NCBI GenBank assembly: GCA_965238075.1
Contig: OZ250173.1
Span: forward strand, 1,376,001 to 1,440,000
Source: Candidatus Entotheonellaceae bacterium
GTDB lineage: Bacteria; Tectomicrobia; Entotheonellia; Entotheonellales; Entotheonellaceae
DNA length: 64,000 nucleotides
Direction: 5' to 3'
Shown here: positions 9,745 through 18,906 of the stretch, piece by piece
Position numbering within the stretch: the stretch's first letter is position 1
Layout of the letters: every line of letters starts with the position of its first letter
The notes under the pieces: model-generated
What the model was told of the DNA's origin: nothing
The model's input: only the letters and a program-made list of their open reading frames with translations
Databases searched by the model: none
Program-made: the position numbers and the translations under genes

Positions 9745-11190
9745 ATCGTTGCGCTCCAAAAGCAATGACACGCCGTCGGCCATCTGCGTCATACGGCCGA
9801 GGAACAAGCTGCCCTTGGCGAGCAGCAGCACGCGCTGCAGGTCGCCGCCGCGCAGGCCGTCCACGGCGTGGCCGAGAAAGGGCACCGCCGAGGCGATATG
9901 CCCCTGCGTGGGTGAAAAGCCGGGCATGCCGTGCGCGGCGACGAAATCCGGCACCTGCGCGCGGGTGATTTGCTTGCCCATCGCCGCCAGGCCCGCGATG
10001 ACGCGGTAGTTGAGGAGCGGCACGTTGCCGCTGCCCGCCGGCTCGGTGACCTCCGGGTTGTGCAACTCGGTGGCGTACTTGTCGATGTCGCCGAAGCTCA
10101 GCCCCAGGCGCTGCAGAGGCTCGCTGACGAGTTGCTCGAAGATGGCCTTCTGCGACGGCCCGGCGGCCACGGTGTGGCGGCCCAGGGAGTCCAGTCGGAG
10201 TCTCGGTGAAGCGCCGTCGTCGCCGCTGACCAGAATGGCTACCGCAGCCAGCACGTCCTCCAGAATGGGCTGGTCGTGCTGCACGTGGCCGCGGTACTTC
10301 ATGCCCAGTTTGGAAAGCGCGCACCCCCCAACCACGACAACGTGCGAAAACACCCGGGCGCTGACCAGCCCGCCGGCGATGGCCAGGGCGTGCAGCGGGC
10401 CGCAGCAGAAGCCCTTGATATCGACGCCGGTTGCTGCCTGGCAGCCGCTCATTTCCGCCACCGCCTTGGCCAGGTTGCCGCCGCCGCGCTGGTAGCGGTC
10501 GCCCACCGCCTCCTCGCCGCTATTGAGTACGTAGGGGATGTCCATCGGGTCGATGGGCAACTGCGCCAGCAGGGTGCGCATGGCCAGGACGGCGGTCGTC
10601 TTGCAGGCCAGATTTTCGAGCAGCACGTCGGCGGCGAGCGTGGCATCCACCTCATGCGCGGCATGGAAACAGCCGATGCGGGAACCGTCGCGCAGGAAGA
10701 GCGGCAGGGCGGGCATGTCGCCTGTCAACCGGGCATCAAGATCGGCCTGCGAAACGCCCTTGCCCAATTGCTCGAGGTCGGCCGGCGTGCACAGCGGATG
10801 GACGTCCAGCGCGGGGCGGATGGACTCGATGAAGCCCGTATCCAAACTTACGAGATTGAAAACGTCGGCGATTTTCAGCCAGCCGTAAAACTCCTCCTCC
10901 GGCATGATCTCGCCGTGCGGCCCCCAGCGCTCGCCGCAACCGGCGTGCCGGAACCATGGCGTCGGCAGGCTGGCGAGAGCGTCCGGGTGGATGGCGCCGA
11001 GAAAGGCCTGGTTGGGTGGGTAGGCCGCGGCGTCGGCGTAGCCGCGCAGGTGGGCTTGCAGGGTATCGGCCACCGCCGGGTCGCGGTCGATGTCGCGGCT
11101 GGGCTTGGAGCCGTAGCGTACCAGCCCGGGGGTGTGGGCCAGGAAGAATCGCACCCCCCGGATGACGGGCTGCGCTGTCATCTGCTGCAT
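9742..11190 (-). CDS. grdC: Glycine/sarcosine/betaine reductase component C, FabH-like subunit
   Basis: YPPNQAFLG, HEVDATLAADVLLENLACK, SGEEAVGDRYQRGGGNLAKAVAE, GFCCGP, KLGMK, YATELHNPEVTEPAGSGNVP, GMPGFSPTQGHIAS, KGSLFLGRMT. Confidence 0.9.
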   Translation of the reverse strand: MQQMTAQPVIRGVRFFLAHTPGLVRYGSKPSRDIDRDPAVADTLQAHLRGYADAAAYPPNQAFLGAIHPDALASLPTPWFRHAGCGERWGPHGEIMPEEEFYGWLKIADVFNLVSLDTGFIESIRPALDVHPLCTPADLEQLGKGVSQADLDARLTGDMPALPLFLRDGSRIGCFHAAHEVDATLAADVLLENLACKTTAVLAMRTLLAQLPIDPMDIPYVLNSGEEAVGDRYQRGGGNLAKAVAEMSGCQAATGVDIKGFCCGPLHALAIAGGLVSARVFSHVVVVGGCALSKLGMKYRGHVQHDQPILEDVLAAVAILVSGDDGASPRLRLDSLGRHTVAAGPSQKAIFEQLVSEPLQRLGLSFGDIDKYATELHNPEVTEPAGSGNVPLLNYRVIAGLAAMGKQITRAQVPDFVAAHGMPGFSPTQGHIASAVPFLGHAVDGLRGGDLQRVLLLAKGSLFLGRMTQMADGVSLLLERND

Positions 11191-11212
11191 GCGTGTTCCT
11201 CGGGCGGCGGGG

Positions 11213-12502
11213 TCAGTACTCGATACAACTCATGCTGGTAAAGCCGTAGTGGTCGTCGTGGCGCGGTGGCGGCGGCAGTTGCCCGGCGGCCGGCACGCGC
11301 TGGTCGCGCAGCGGGCCGATGTCCTTGTACTGCAGGCCGATGACCCGTTCCACCGGCGGCAGGTCAGGCACCTCCAGCGTGCGCGTCTTGAAGAAGCTGG
11401 TGCTGACGATGGCGTTGGCCTCGGGCAGCGGCTCCAGCATGGTCGGGGCGGCCTCGGTGGCGTCGTCCTCGCTGGTCAGGAAGACGGTCTTGATGCCCAG
11501 TTGCTCGCAAGCCTGAATGGTGCGGACGACCTCGATGAACTCGTTGCCGCCGGCGTCCCAGGTCACCATCGCGCCCTGCGCGCCCAGGAGCTTTGCCAGC
11601 TTCGCCGTCTGGTTGGCCATGAGTTGCTTTTCGTGCTGCGTGGTCCACTCGGTACGCAGCGTGATGACACCCAGGAAATTCCAGTCGACGCCGTGGCGGC
11701 GGTACAGGTCGAGCAGCACGGGGTTGTTGGCCACCGTCCACGACATGGCAAACGCCGTGCGGTACGGGCCGGTGAGGGCGCCGTCGAGGATTTCGTTGGG
11801 GTGCAGGAACCATGGCGGCGTCAGTTGGGTGAGGCCGTAGGTGGTGGTGCAGAACGCCGTCGGCGAGCCGGACATGGCCTGCGGCGAGTGCACGCACCAG
11901 ATGTAGATCACGTTAGGGAGGTCAGGGTCGACTACGCGCAGTTCGAACACTTCCTGCTGCGGCGGGGTGAGGTGGCGCGTCGCCGCCGCGACCTGATCGT
12001 TGACCACCAGAGCCGCCTTGTGCACGGCGTCGTTCTGGGCTTCGTTGCCGAGGCCGGGGTCGGGTTCGACGACCGCGCACAGGTGGATGAGTTGGCTCAG
12101 CGGGATGAGTTCCGACCACGGACCGGACATGTCGAGGTAGACTTCCACGAAGTCGCCGCCGGCGTCGTGCCAGTTGACGCTCGACACCTCGGTGATGCCC
12201 ATGCCGGAGAGGCGGTGCGTGCGGCCTTCGCCTACCGTGGTGATGGCGCGGCCAGCGGTGCCGGGGTAGATGACGCCGGGACCTTCCACCTTGATGCGCG
12301 GCTCGATGACATCGCGCACCGGCCAGATGCGGGCGGAGTCGCCGGGACAGGCGATGTCCAGATCGACGCTGGCGATGCGGGGGTCGGCGTGCACGGCTTC
12401 GATGACGGCGTCCTTATCGACCTGCAAATGGCCGTCGGCGTAGCGGGTTTCGGAGCCGAAGGTGATGCGCTCAACGGGGAAGGTGCCCATCTCAAGACGC
12501 AT
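11213..12502 (-). CDS. grdE: Glycine/sarcosine/betaine reductase component B subunit (GrdE/GrdG/GrdI family)
   Basis: MRLEMGTF, DIACPGDSARIWPVRDVIEPRIKV, VGEGRTHRLSG, HPNEILDGA, NNPVLLDLYRRHG..NFLGVI, CEQLGIKTV; overlaps the 3' end of grdB. Subfamily uncertain. Confidence 0.85.
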   Translation of the reverse strand: MRLEMGTFPVERITFGSETRYADGHLQVDKDAVIEAVHADPRIASVDLDIACPGDSARIWPVRDVIEPRIKVEGPGVIYPGTAGRAITTVGEGRTHRLSGMGITEVSSVNWHDAGGDFVEVYLDMSGPWSELIPLSQLIHLCAVVEPDPGLGNEAQNDAVHKAALVVNDQVAAATRHLTPPQQEVFELRVVDPDLPNVIYIWCVHSPQAMSGSPTAFCTTTYGLTQLTPPWFLHPNEILDGALTGPYRTAFAMSWTVANNPVLLDLYRRHGVDWNFLGVITLRTEWTTQHEKQLMANQTAKLAKLLGAQGAMVTWDAGGNEFIEVVRTIQACEQLGIKTVFLTSEDDATEAAPTMLEPLPEANAIVSTSFFKTRTLEVPDLPPVERVIGLQYKDIGPLRDQRVPAAGQLPPPPRHDDHYGFTSMSCIEY

Positions 12503-13841
12503 GCGCCACCTCCTGCTCCGGGGTCATTTCCAACGGGTCGAACAGCGTCGGGCCGGGCACCGGCGTGCAGATGGCGTCGAGGGCGGTGCGCACGATGCGC
12601 ATGCCGTAGGCGTAATCCTTCTCGGGGCCGAGGTTCGGGTCGCCGCACACGTGCTCGATGCGCGAGCCGCGGATGACGCGGACGGCGCCGGTGGTGAGGG
12701 CGAGGTCATAGATGGCGGAGATCATGCCGACGGGGATACCGGCGCGCTCGATTTCCTTGGCGATCGTTGCACCGCAACGATTGCAGGTGCCTCACGTGGC
12801 CACCAGGAGACAGCCGTCAACCCCGCTGTTGACGAGGTCCTGGGCGATGCTGCGGCCCAAGTCGCACGACATGGCGACCGGCGTGGCGACGCCCGGCAGC
12901 GCGTAGATGGAACTGAAGACGCCGCCGATTTGGCCGTCGGCTTCCAGGTCGCGCAGGAAGTTGAGGGGCAGGATGTAGTTGGGATTGGAATTGACGATAT
13001 GGTTGAAATAGCCGGCGTGGTACGCCTCCCAATCGGCGTCGGAGAGGCTTTGCAGCTCGGCGACCGAGTGGCGGTAATACCGGCTGGCGTTGGCGGCGAC
13101 CTGCTTGTCCGGGTTGCCCTTGCGCACCAGGCCGCCGGTGGTGACCATGGCGATGGTGGCTCGCGACAGATCAGTGACGGGCACGGCGGGCTCGACTTTT
13201 TCCGGCGCGTGGATGGGTACCTCGGTAACAAACGGCTGATCCTTGAGCTTGGCCAGCAGCATATCGAGGGCGCGCTGGTAGCCGGGGCGTTGACGGTCAT
13301 GCACGCGCCGCACGCCGCGCGGCATGTAGCCGTCGATCTCCGCCGGTCCGAGCGCCTCCCCGCGGCCCAGCTTGCCTGCCAGCCGCACCATGGCGGCCAG
13401 CGCCTGCGGCATGTCGGCGGACGTTTCGCCGGTCGGCACCATGACGACGTCCGGCCAGCCGCTCAGCGCCCCCGGATTGTCCGGGTGCATGCCGCTGATA
13501 GCCTTGATGCCCAGCGCCTGTGCCGTCTTGCAAACCTCGGCGCACGCCAGCCCGTAGCGCCCGGAGCCAAACGCCGGCCCCGCTACCAGGATGTCCGGCT
13601 TCAGCGCCTCCAGATGCCCCTTGATGGCGGCCACGGCCTCCGCTTCCCGCTCGTTGAAGTAGTTGTCGCCGCAGACCAGCGTGCCCACCACGCTGCCCGC
13701 GCCGCCCAGCGCCTGTTGCAGCGCCCGGCCCGCGCCTACGGGCTCGTTTTCGAGCGACACCCCAACGTTCGCCGCGTCCTCGCCGCCAATACCGCCAAAG
13801 AACTGATTCACGTAATGCACCACGCGCAACGGGCTGTCCAT
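12492..13841 (-). CDS. grdB: Glycine/sarcosine/betaine reductase selenoprotein B, Sec at codon 350
   Basis: VVHYVNQFFGGIGGED, CGDNYF, AGPAFGSGRYGLAC, VTTGGLV.KGNPD, then LLVAT-[TGA 12792-12794]-GTCNRCGATIAKEIERAGIP, in frame to the stop at 12492. Canonical UxxCxxC motif; 449 aa. Confidence 0.93.
12763..12781 (-). promoter_or_regulatory. Putative SECIS hairpin of grdB
   Basis: mRNA reads AUCGUUGC-ggu-GCAACGAU, a perfect 8-bp stem starting 10 nt after the UGA, with a G-containing loop. Confidence 0.65.
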
Positions 13842-13998
13842 GCGTTCACCCTCCTCGACTGTTCAACCCCATGTCTCCGACGCCCAAGGCGGCAGCATTC
13901 TGGATGAACGGCCTGTGCAGGTCAAGGCGGTGATCTCTCTTCGCAGCTGCGGCTGAATAAGGTGCAGAGCCAAGAAAAGCGATTCACCGTTCTGGAAT

Positions 13999-14589
13999 TC
14001 AAGGCCGATTCGTAGATGCCTCGGCCACGCCAGCCAGCAGATTTCCCAGCAGACGCAGGCCATGGTTGTTTTCCATGGTCAGAATTGACTCAGGATGGAA
14101 CTGCACGCCCTCAATGGGCAGGGCGCGGTGGCGGATGCCCATCACCACGTCGCCCCAGGTGGCGGTCACTTCGAAAACGTCGGGAATCGCGTCGCCGACC
14201 AGCGAGTGGTAGCGACCCACCGGCAGGGGTGACGGCAGGTCCTCGTAGATGCCTTGGCCGTAATGGTCAATCTCGCTCTGCTTGCCGTGGTAGGGGCGCG
14301 GCAGCACCCGTAGCGTGCCGCCGAAATACTCGATCATCGCCTGATGGCCCAGGCACACGCCGAACAGCGGCACGTGCTGGTGGAATTGATCAATGTAGGC
14401 CAGCAGGTTGCCGGCGTTGGCAGGCGTCGACGGGCCTGGCGAGAAGACCAGCAAATCCGGCTCCGACGCCGCCACGATGTCCACCGGGATGTCGTTGCGG
14501 TACACCCGCACGGTGCATTCGAGGCGGCGAAAGTAATCGACCAGATTGAAGGTGAACGAATCGAAATTGTCGATCATGGTGATGTTCAT
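13999..14589 (-). CDS. trpG: Anthranilate synthase component II (glutamine amidotransferase)
   Basis: IDNFDSFTFNL, SPGPSTP, GVCLGHQ, GRYHSL, GVQFHPESILT. Confidence 0.92.
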   Translation of the reverse strand: MNITMIDNFDSFTFNLVDYFRRLECTVRVYRNDIPVDIVAASEPDLLVFSPGPSTPANAGNLLAYIDQFHQHVPLFGVCLGHQAMIEYFGGTLRVLPRPYHGKQSEIDHYGQGIYEDLPSPLPVGRYHSLVGDAIPDVFEVTATWGDVVMGIRHRALPIEGVQFHPESILTMENNHGLRLLGNLLAGVAEASTNRP

Positions 14590-14604
14590 GGAAATTCCCC
14601 CCGT

Positions 14605-16227
14605 TTACTCGACGCCATCCAGCGCTTCAAGTAAAGCCCTTGCCTTGGCCTCGGTTTCCGCGTATTCGGCGGCCGGCTCCGAATCGAACAACAGCGTCGA
14701 GCCGACTCGCACGCGCACGTCGTAAGCGGGCGCCGCGCCGCTCTGCCGCCGCACCAGGTGCGCCGTGCGGATGATGATGCCGGTGTCGAGCTGGCCCGAG
14801 AACGTCAGGTAGCCAACGTTGCCCCCGTAGTAGCCGCGGCGGCTTTGCTCGTGGTTCTCGATGTACGCCATGGCTGCCGCCTTGGGCGTTCCTGTCAGGG
14901 TGCCGGCGTTGAGGCAGGCGATGAAGGCGTCGAAGGCAGACAGCCCGGCGGACAACTCGCCTTCCACCTGCGCCACCGTGTGCATCACGCGCGAGTATTT
15001 TTCGACGAAACGATAATCCGAGACGCTAACACCCGGCTCGCACACTCGACTGACGTCGTTGCGCGCCAGATCGATGAGCATGTCGAGTTCCGACTTTTCC
15101 TTCTCCGAGTTCAGCAGCTGCATCATGTTGTGATAGTCGGTGAGGCTGTCGGTGCCGCGCGGCATGGTGCCGGAAATGGGCCGCTGCTGCACCACGCCGC
15201 CTTCCACACGCACGAACATCTCAGGTGAGGCGCCGACCAGCGCCTCGTTGCCGTAATCGACGTAGAACTGGTATGGAGACGGATTGATGGCGCGGAACCG
15301 CCGGTATAGCTCCAGGGGGCTACGGGTATATTCACCCATGAAGCTGTGCGACAAGACGACCTCGAAGAATTCGCCCTGGCGCATCTGCTCGCGCGCCTCG
15401 TCGACCGCCGCCATGAAGGCGTCGCGCCCGGTGTCCGATTCCAGCTTGTGGGGGATGCGATGGCGCTCGGCGGCGGGTGTCGGGGCCGCTGGTTTCAGGC
15501 TGGACAGCCGCTCGCGCACCAGATCGACGGCGGAGGCGGAACTGTCCAGGAAATCGTAAATGATCAGCGTTGCTCGTTCCTTCAGGTGGTCGTAAAACAG
15601 CAGCATGTCCGGCATGAACAGCCGGAAATCCTGGCTGGGGCCGGGTTGCAGACGATCGGGCAACGGCTCGAACAGGCGTACAAAATCGTAGGCGAAAGCG
15701 CCGTACAACCCCAGGAAGCGGTCGTCGCAGCGAAAGTGCCGCAGCAGCGTGCGCACAATCTGCGAGATGTTGTTAAGGAGCAGCCGTTCGTCCTCGGCCA
15801 CCGGACGGCGTTCGCAGGGCACGGTGCCGGTCAGCGCTCGGTCGCCGCGCTGCAGGTCCTGGCAACAGGCGAAGTCAACGTCGGCGAGCGGCTGCCGCAG
15901 CATGGCCCGACCGCGTTCATTCAGGGCGCGGATGGCGAAGGCATCTTCCTTGCCCTCGACCAGCACCGGCGGGTCGATCACCGCCAGGGAGTAGCGGCCG
16001 TAGACGCGCGACACGTCGACCGACTCGTACAACACGCCCGGTGTGTTGGCGTTGAGGTGTTGGTAAAGCTCCAGGGGAGGCAAGTCGTCCCGGCTGAAAT
16101 CGAACGTCAGCGTCAGGCGTCGGAGGTTGCCGCGGCCGTCGCCGTAGGGCAGAACCTCCTCGCTGACCGGTTGCCGCAAGAGATACTCGTGCACGTCGCT
16201 GGCCGTCATGAAGGGTGTGCTTGTCAT
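14605..16227 (-). CDS. trpE: Anthranilate synthase component I
   Basis: LYES, YGRYS, GEFFEVVLS, INPSPYQFY, GASPEMFVRV, PISGT..RG, KEKSELDMLIDLARND, YSRVMH, AGTLTGTPK, DTGIIIRT; Trp-rich leader upstream. Confidence 0.9.
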   Translation of the reverse strand: MTSTPFMTASDVHEYLLRQPVSEEVLPYGDGRGNLRRLTLTFDFSRDDLPPLELYQHLNANTPGVLYESVDVSRVYGRYSLAVIDPPVLVEGKEDAFAIRALNERGRAMLRQPLADVDFACCQDLQRGDRALTGTVPCERRPVAEDERLLLNNISQIVRTLLRHFRCDDRFLGLYGAFAYDFVRLFEPLPDRLQPGPSQDFRLFMPDMLLFYDHLKERATLIIYDFLDSSASAVDLVRERLSSLKPAAPTPAAERHRIPHKLESDTGRDAFMAAVDEAREQMRQGEFFEVVLSHSFMGEYTRSPLELYRRFRAINPSPYQFYVDYGNEALVGASPEMFVRVEGGVVQQRPISGTMPRGTDSLTDYHNMMQLLNSEKEKSELDMLIDLARNDVSRVCEPGVSVSDYRFVEKYSRVMHTVAQVEGELSAGLSAFDAFIACLNAGTLTGTPKAAAMAYIENHEQSRRGYYGGNVGYLTFSGQLDTGIIIRTAHLVRRQSGAAPAYDVRVRVGSTLLFDSEPAAEYAETEAKARALLEALDGVE

Positions 16228-16404
16228 GGTTTCGTCCCCACAGTTACTGTCGTTGCAAATGCTCACTGCCTGCCCCGTGCGGCCTGCACGTCGGGCTGCG
16301 CCGCCACAGGGAACGCGCTTCTGCCGCAAGTGGGCTATGCTTCGATTAAATGATGCCGTACCGGAAAAGGAGCGGAAGAACCGAAACGTCGGGATGGGGC
16401 AGAC

Positions 16405-16524
16405 TTACCAGCGCCACCAGCGGAGGGGACGCCATCGCAAGGCACACAGCGGGTAGGAAGGGGTATGGCCGGATTCGAGAGAGACATCGGGGCCTGTGGC
16501 CGGATAGGGCGCTCGCAGGCTCAT
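16405..16524 (-). CDS. trpL: Putative trp operon leader (attenuator) peptide, 39 aa
   Basis: AAGGAGA ribosome-binding site then ATG 16524: MSLRAPYPATGPDVSLESGHTPSYPLCALRWRPLRWWRW*. Four Trp in the last 9 codons, about 180 nt upstream of trpE on the same strand. Confidence 0.75.
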   Translation of the reverse strand: MSLRAPYPATGPDVSLESGHTPSYPLCALRWRPLRWWRW

Positions 16525-16711
16525 GGACGTTCTCCTTACGCGGAACCGTAAACGCATTAAACGATTGCGGGCGACTATACAGAGGGCCATGGCGCCTGTC
16601 AATCCCGCTGTACCGGAGCCTGTTTTGACTTTCCGCTTGCCCGGCATGTAAGCTGCGTGGCACATTGAGCATTACCGATTCCTGATCTCTGACTGGGGGA
16701 GGATCCGGCCC

Positions 16712-17602
16712 ATGCCACTGGCAGCCATGAACGACGGCACCCGCTTGTACTACGAATCCACCGGCAGCGGCTTCCCGCTGCTGTTCAGCCACGAGTATGC
16801 CGGCGATTACCGTAGCTGGGAGCCGCAAGTACGCTATTTCGCGCGGCGTTACCGGGTGATCGCGTACAACGCCCGCGGCTATCCCCCGTCGGACGTGCCG
16901 GAGGACGTCGGTTCATACTCGCAGGCGCGCGCCATGCACGACATCGCGCAGCTCCTGGAAGCGCTGCAGGTGCCGCAGGCGCATGTGGTCGGCCTGTCGA
17001 TGGGCGGCTACGCTACCCTGCATTTCGGTCTCAACTATCCGCAGATGGCGCGGTCACTGGTTGTGGCGGGATGCGGCTACGGCTCGGTGGCGGGCGACCG
17101 GCAGAAATTCCAGCAGGACTCGGCGCAGGTGGCGCAGCGCATTGAGCACGACGGCATGCAGGCCACGGCTGCCGTGTATGCCAAGGGTCCGACGCGGGTG
17201 CAGTTTGAGGACAAGGACCCACGCGGCTGGCAGGAATTCGCCGATCAGCTCGCCGAGCATTCGGCCACCGGCGCGTCCCTGACGATGCGCGGCGTGCAGG
17301 GTCAACGCCCCTCGGTGTACGAGTTGGAAGACCGGATGCGGCAGTTGCAGGTGCCCACCCTGATCGTTACCGGCGATGAGGACGAACCGTGCCTGGAGCC
17401 GGGGCTGTTCATGAAGCGCGTCATTCCAGCCGCCGGCCTCGTCGTTGTGCCCAAGACCGGCCACACGATCAACCTGGAGGAGCCGGAGTCGTTCAACCGT
17501 ATCGTCAGTGACTTTCTGACCGCTGTGGAATCCGGCCGGTGGCAGGCCCGTAATCCGGCCTCCCTGAGCACCTCGGCCATTCTGCCCGACGAGCAACGGT
17601 GA
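16712..17602 (+). CDS. Alpha/beta fold hydrolase
   Basis: LLFSHEYAGD, YNARGYPPS, nucleophile GLSMGG, GDED, TGHTINLEEP. Confidence 0.9.
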   Translation: MPLAAMNDGTRLYYESTGSGFPLLFSHEYAGDYRSWEPQVRYFARRYRVIAYNARGYPPSDVPEDVGSYSQARAMHDIAQLLEALQVPQAHVVGLSMGGYATLHFGLNYPQMARSLVVAGCGYGSVAGDRQKFQQDSAQVAQRIEHDGMQATAAVYAKGPTRVQFEDKDPRGWQEFADQLAEHSATGASLTMRGVQGQRPSVYELEDRMRQLQVPTLIVTGDEDEPCLEPGLFMKRVIPAAGLVVVPKTGHTINLEEPESFNRIVSDFLTAVESGRWQARNPASLSTSAILPDEQR

Positions 17603-17612
17603 GGACTGAGAT

Positions 17613-18701
17613 ATGTCCCGCCCCAAGGCCCAAGACCTGATCGGCGTCGTTGAAAATCCGCCGGAGCACAGCAGCGCCGCGCAACCGGACGCCGTTGCCC
17701 TGCTTTTCGACGCCCAAGAACCGCCGCCCTTTCCCGAGATGAACATCTTTCCTCTGGAATGGCGAGTCGAAACGCCCCTGCTGCAACAGATTTACGACCA
17801 GGCCCGCACCCCCGGCTGGTCACCCCACACCCTGCCCTGGGACACCCTCAAGGCCGATGATTTCTCCCTCGACGAGCGCTACGCTATGGCCTACTGGTTC
17901 ACCCTGCTGTCGGTGTTCGACGGCTCCGGCCCGGCGGTGTTCTCGCGCGCCTTCATCCACACTTGGGAAACGCACCAGGAAGACCCGGTGCGCAAATGCT
18001 TTTTCTCCATCGTGCGCGATGAGGTGAACCACGAAGAAGTCTGCCAGCGCGCCATCCAGATCCTGACGCCCAACGGGCCGCTCGGTTACGAGCCCGAAAC
18101 GCCCCTCGGCCGCCTCGCCCGCAACAACGTCAAGTGGTATTACCACAACGGTTGCCGCTACTGGAGCGGCTTCAAGAGCGGGATCACGAGATTTCAGCTG
18201 CCGATTCTGTTTGCGTCGTTCCTGATGGGGGAGGTGGCGGCGGCGACGCTGTTCCACGGCATGTACCAGCGCACCACGATGCCGGCGCTCAAAGAGGCGT
18301 TCAAGATGATCGGCAAGGACGAGGCGCGCCATATGGCGATCTGCCTGGCCGTGCTGCGCAGCGTGCTGCCGCGCCTGTCCGACGAGCAGCGTGCCGTCAT
18401 CACCCGGCAGATTCGTGCCGGGTTCGTCTTTCTGTCGGGGATTCTGTACGTGCCGCCCACGGACTTCTGGGAGCTTGGCCCCACCTTCCGCCCCGCACAC
18501 CGCATGCTGGAAGAGGCGGCCCGCGCCGCCGGACTCGGCATCCTGACGGAGGACGAGCGGGCCGAGAACTGGCGCGCTGCGGTGCTGCAGCTGAAGGGCA
18601 TTCTGGAGCCGCACGGGGTGGAATTTCCGGCCCTGCCGGAGATCGGCGTCGATGGCAAGACCGTGGCGATTGACCCGCAGGACATCATCCCGGTGTTTTA
18701 G
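17613..18701 (+). CDS. Ferritin-like (diiron) domain protein
   Basis: Two ExxH motifs (RDEVNHEE, KDEARHM) plus intervening GEVAA; 10 nt after the hydrolase. Confidence 0.75.
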   Translation: MSRPKAQDLIGVVENPPEHSSAAQPDAVALLFDAQEPPPFPEMNIFPLEWRVETPLLQQIYDQARTPGWSPHTLPWDTLKADDFSLDERYAMAYWFTLLSVFDGSGPAVFSRAFIHTWETHQEDPVRKCFFSIVRDEVNHEEVCQRAIQILTPNGPLGYEPETPLGRLARNNVKWYYHNGCRYWSGFKSGITRFQLPILFASFLMGEVAAATLFHGMYQRTTMPALKEAFKMIGKDEARHMAICLAVLRSVLPRLSDEQRAVITRQIRAGFVFLSGILYVPPTDFWELGPTFRPAHRMLEEAARAAGLGILTEDERAENWRAAVLQLKGILEPHGVEFPALPEIGVDGKTVAIDPQDIIPVF

Positions 18702-18884
18702 AGCATTTCCGTAATCGCCAACTCATACACCCCACTCCCTAGCCCTCCCCCTCAAGGGTGGAGGGAGCCAGCGAACTAAAGCCTTCCCCACGAAGGGGTC
18801 TGCTCCCTCTCCCCTGGCGGGAGAGGGTTGGGGTGAGGGGGAAGACCTTCGGATCGCAAACCATTTTGATCCGAAAGTGCTCTA
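18699..18884. mobile_element. MITE-like repeat, copy 2 (inverted relative to copy 1)
   Basis: Terminal inverted repeats TAGAGCATTTCCG...CCGAAAGTGCTCTA; internal ccctctcccc...gagagggttggggtgaggg palindrome. Confidence 0.72.
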
Positions 18885-18906
18885 ACCCCGCCCGGAGGCG
18901 CGTTCC

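Noticed and set aside
11132-13907. 514-aa and 481-aa plus-strand ORFs opposite grdE and grdB
   Set aside because: Antisense shadows produced by codon bias; the minus-strand genes carry the family motifs.
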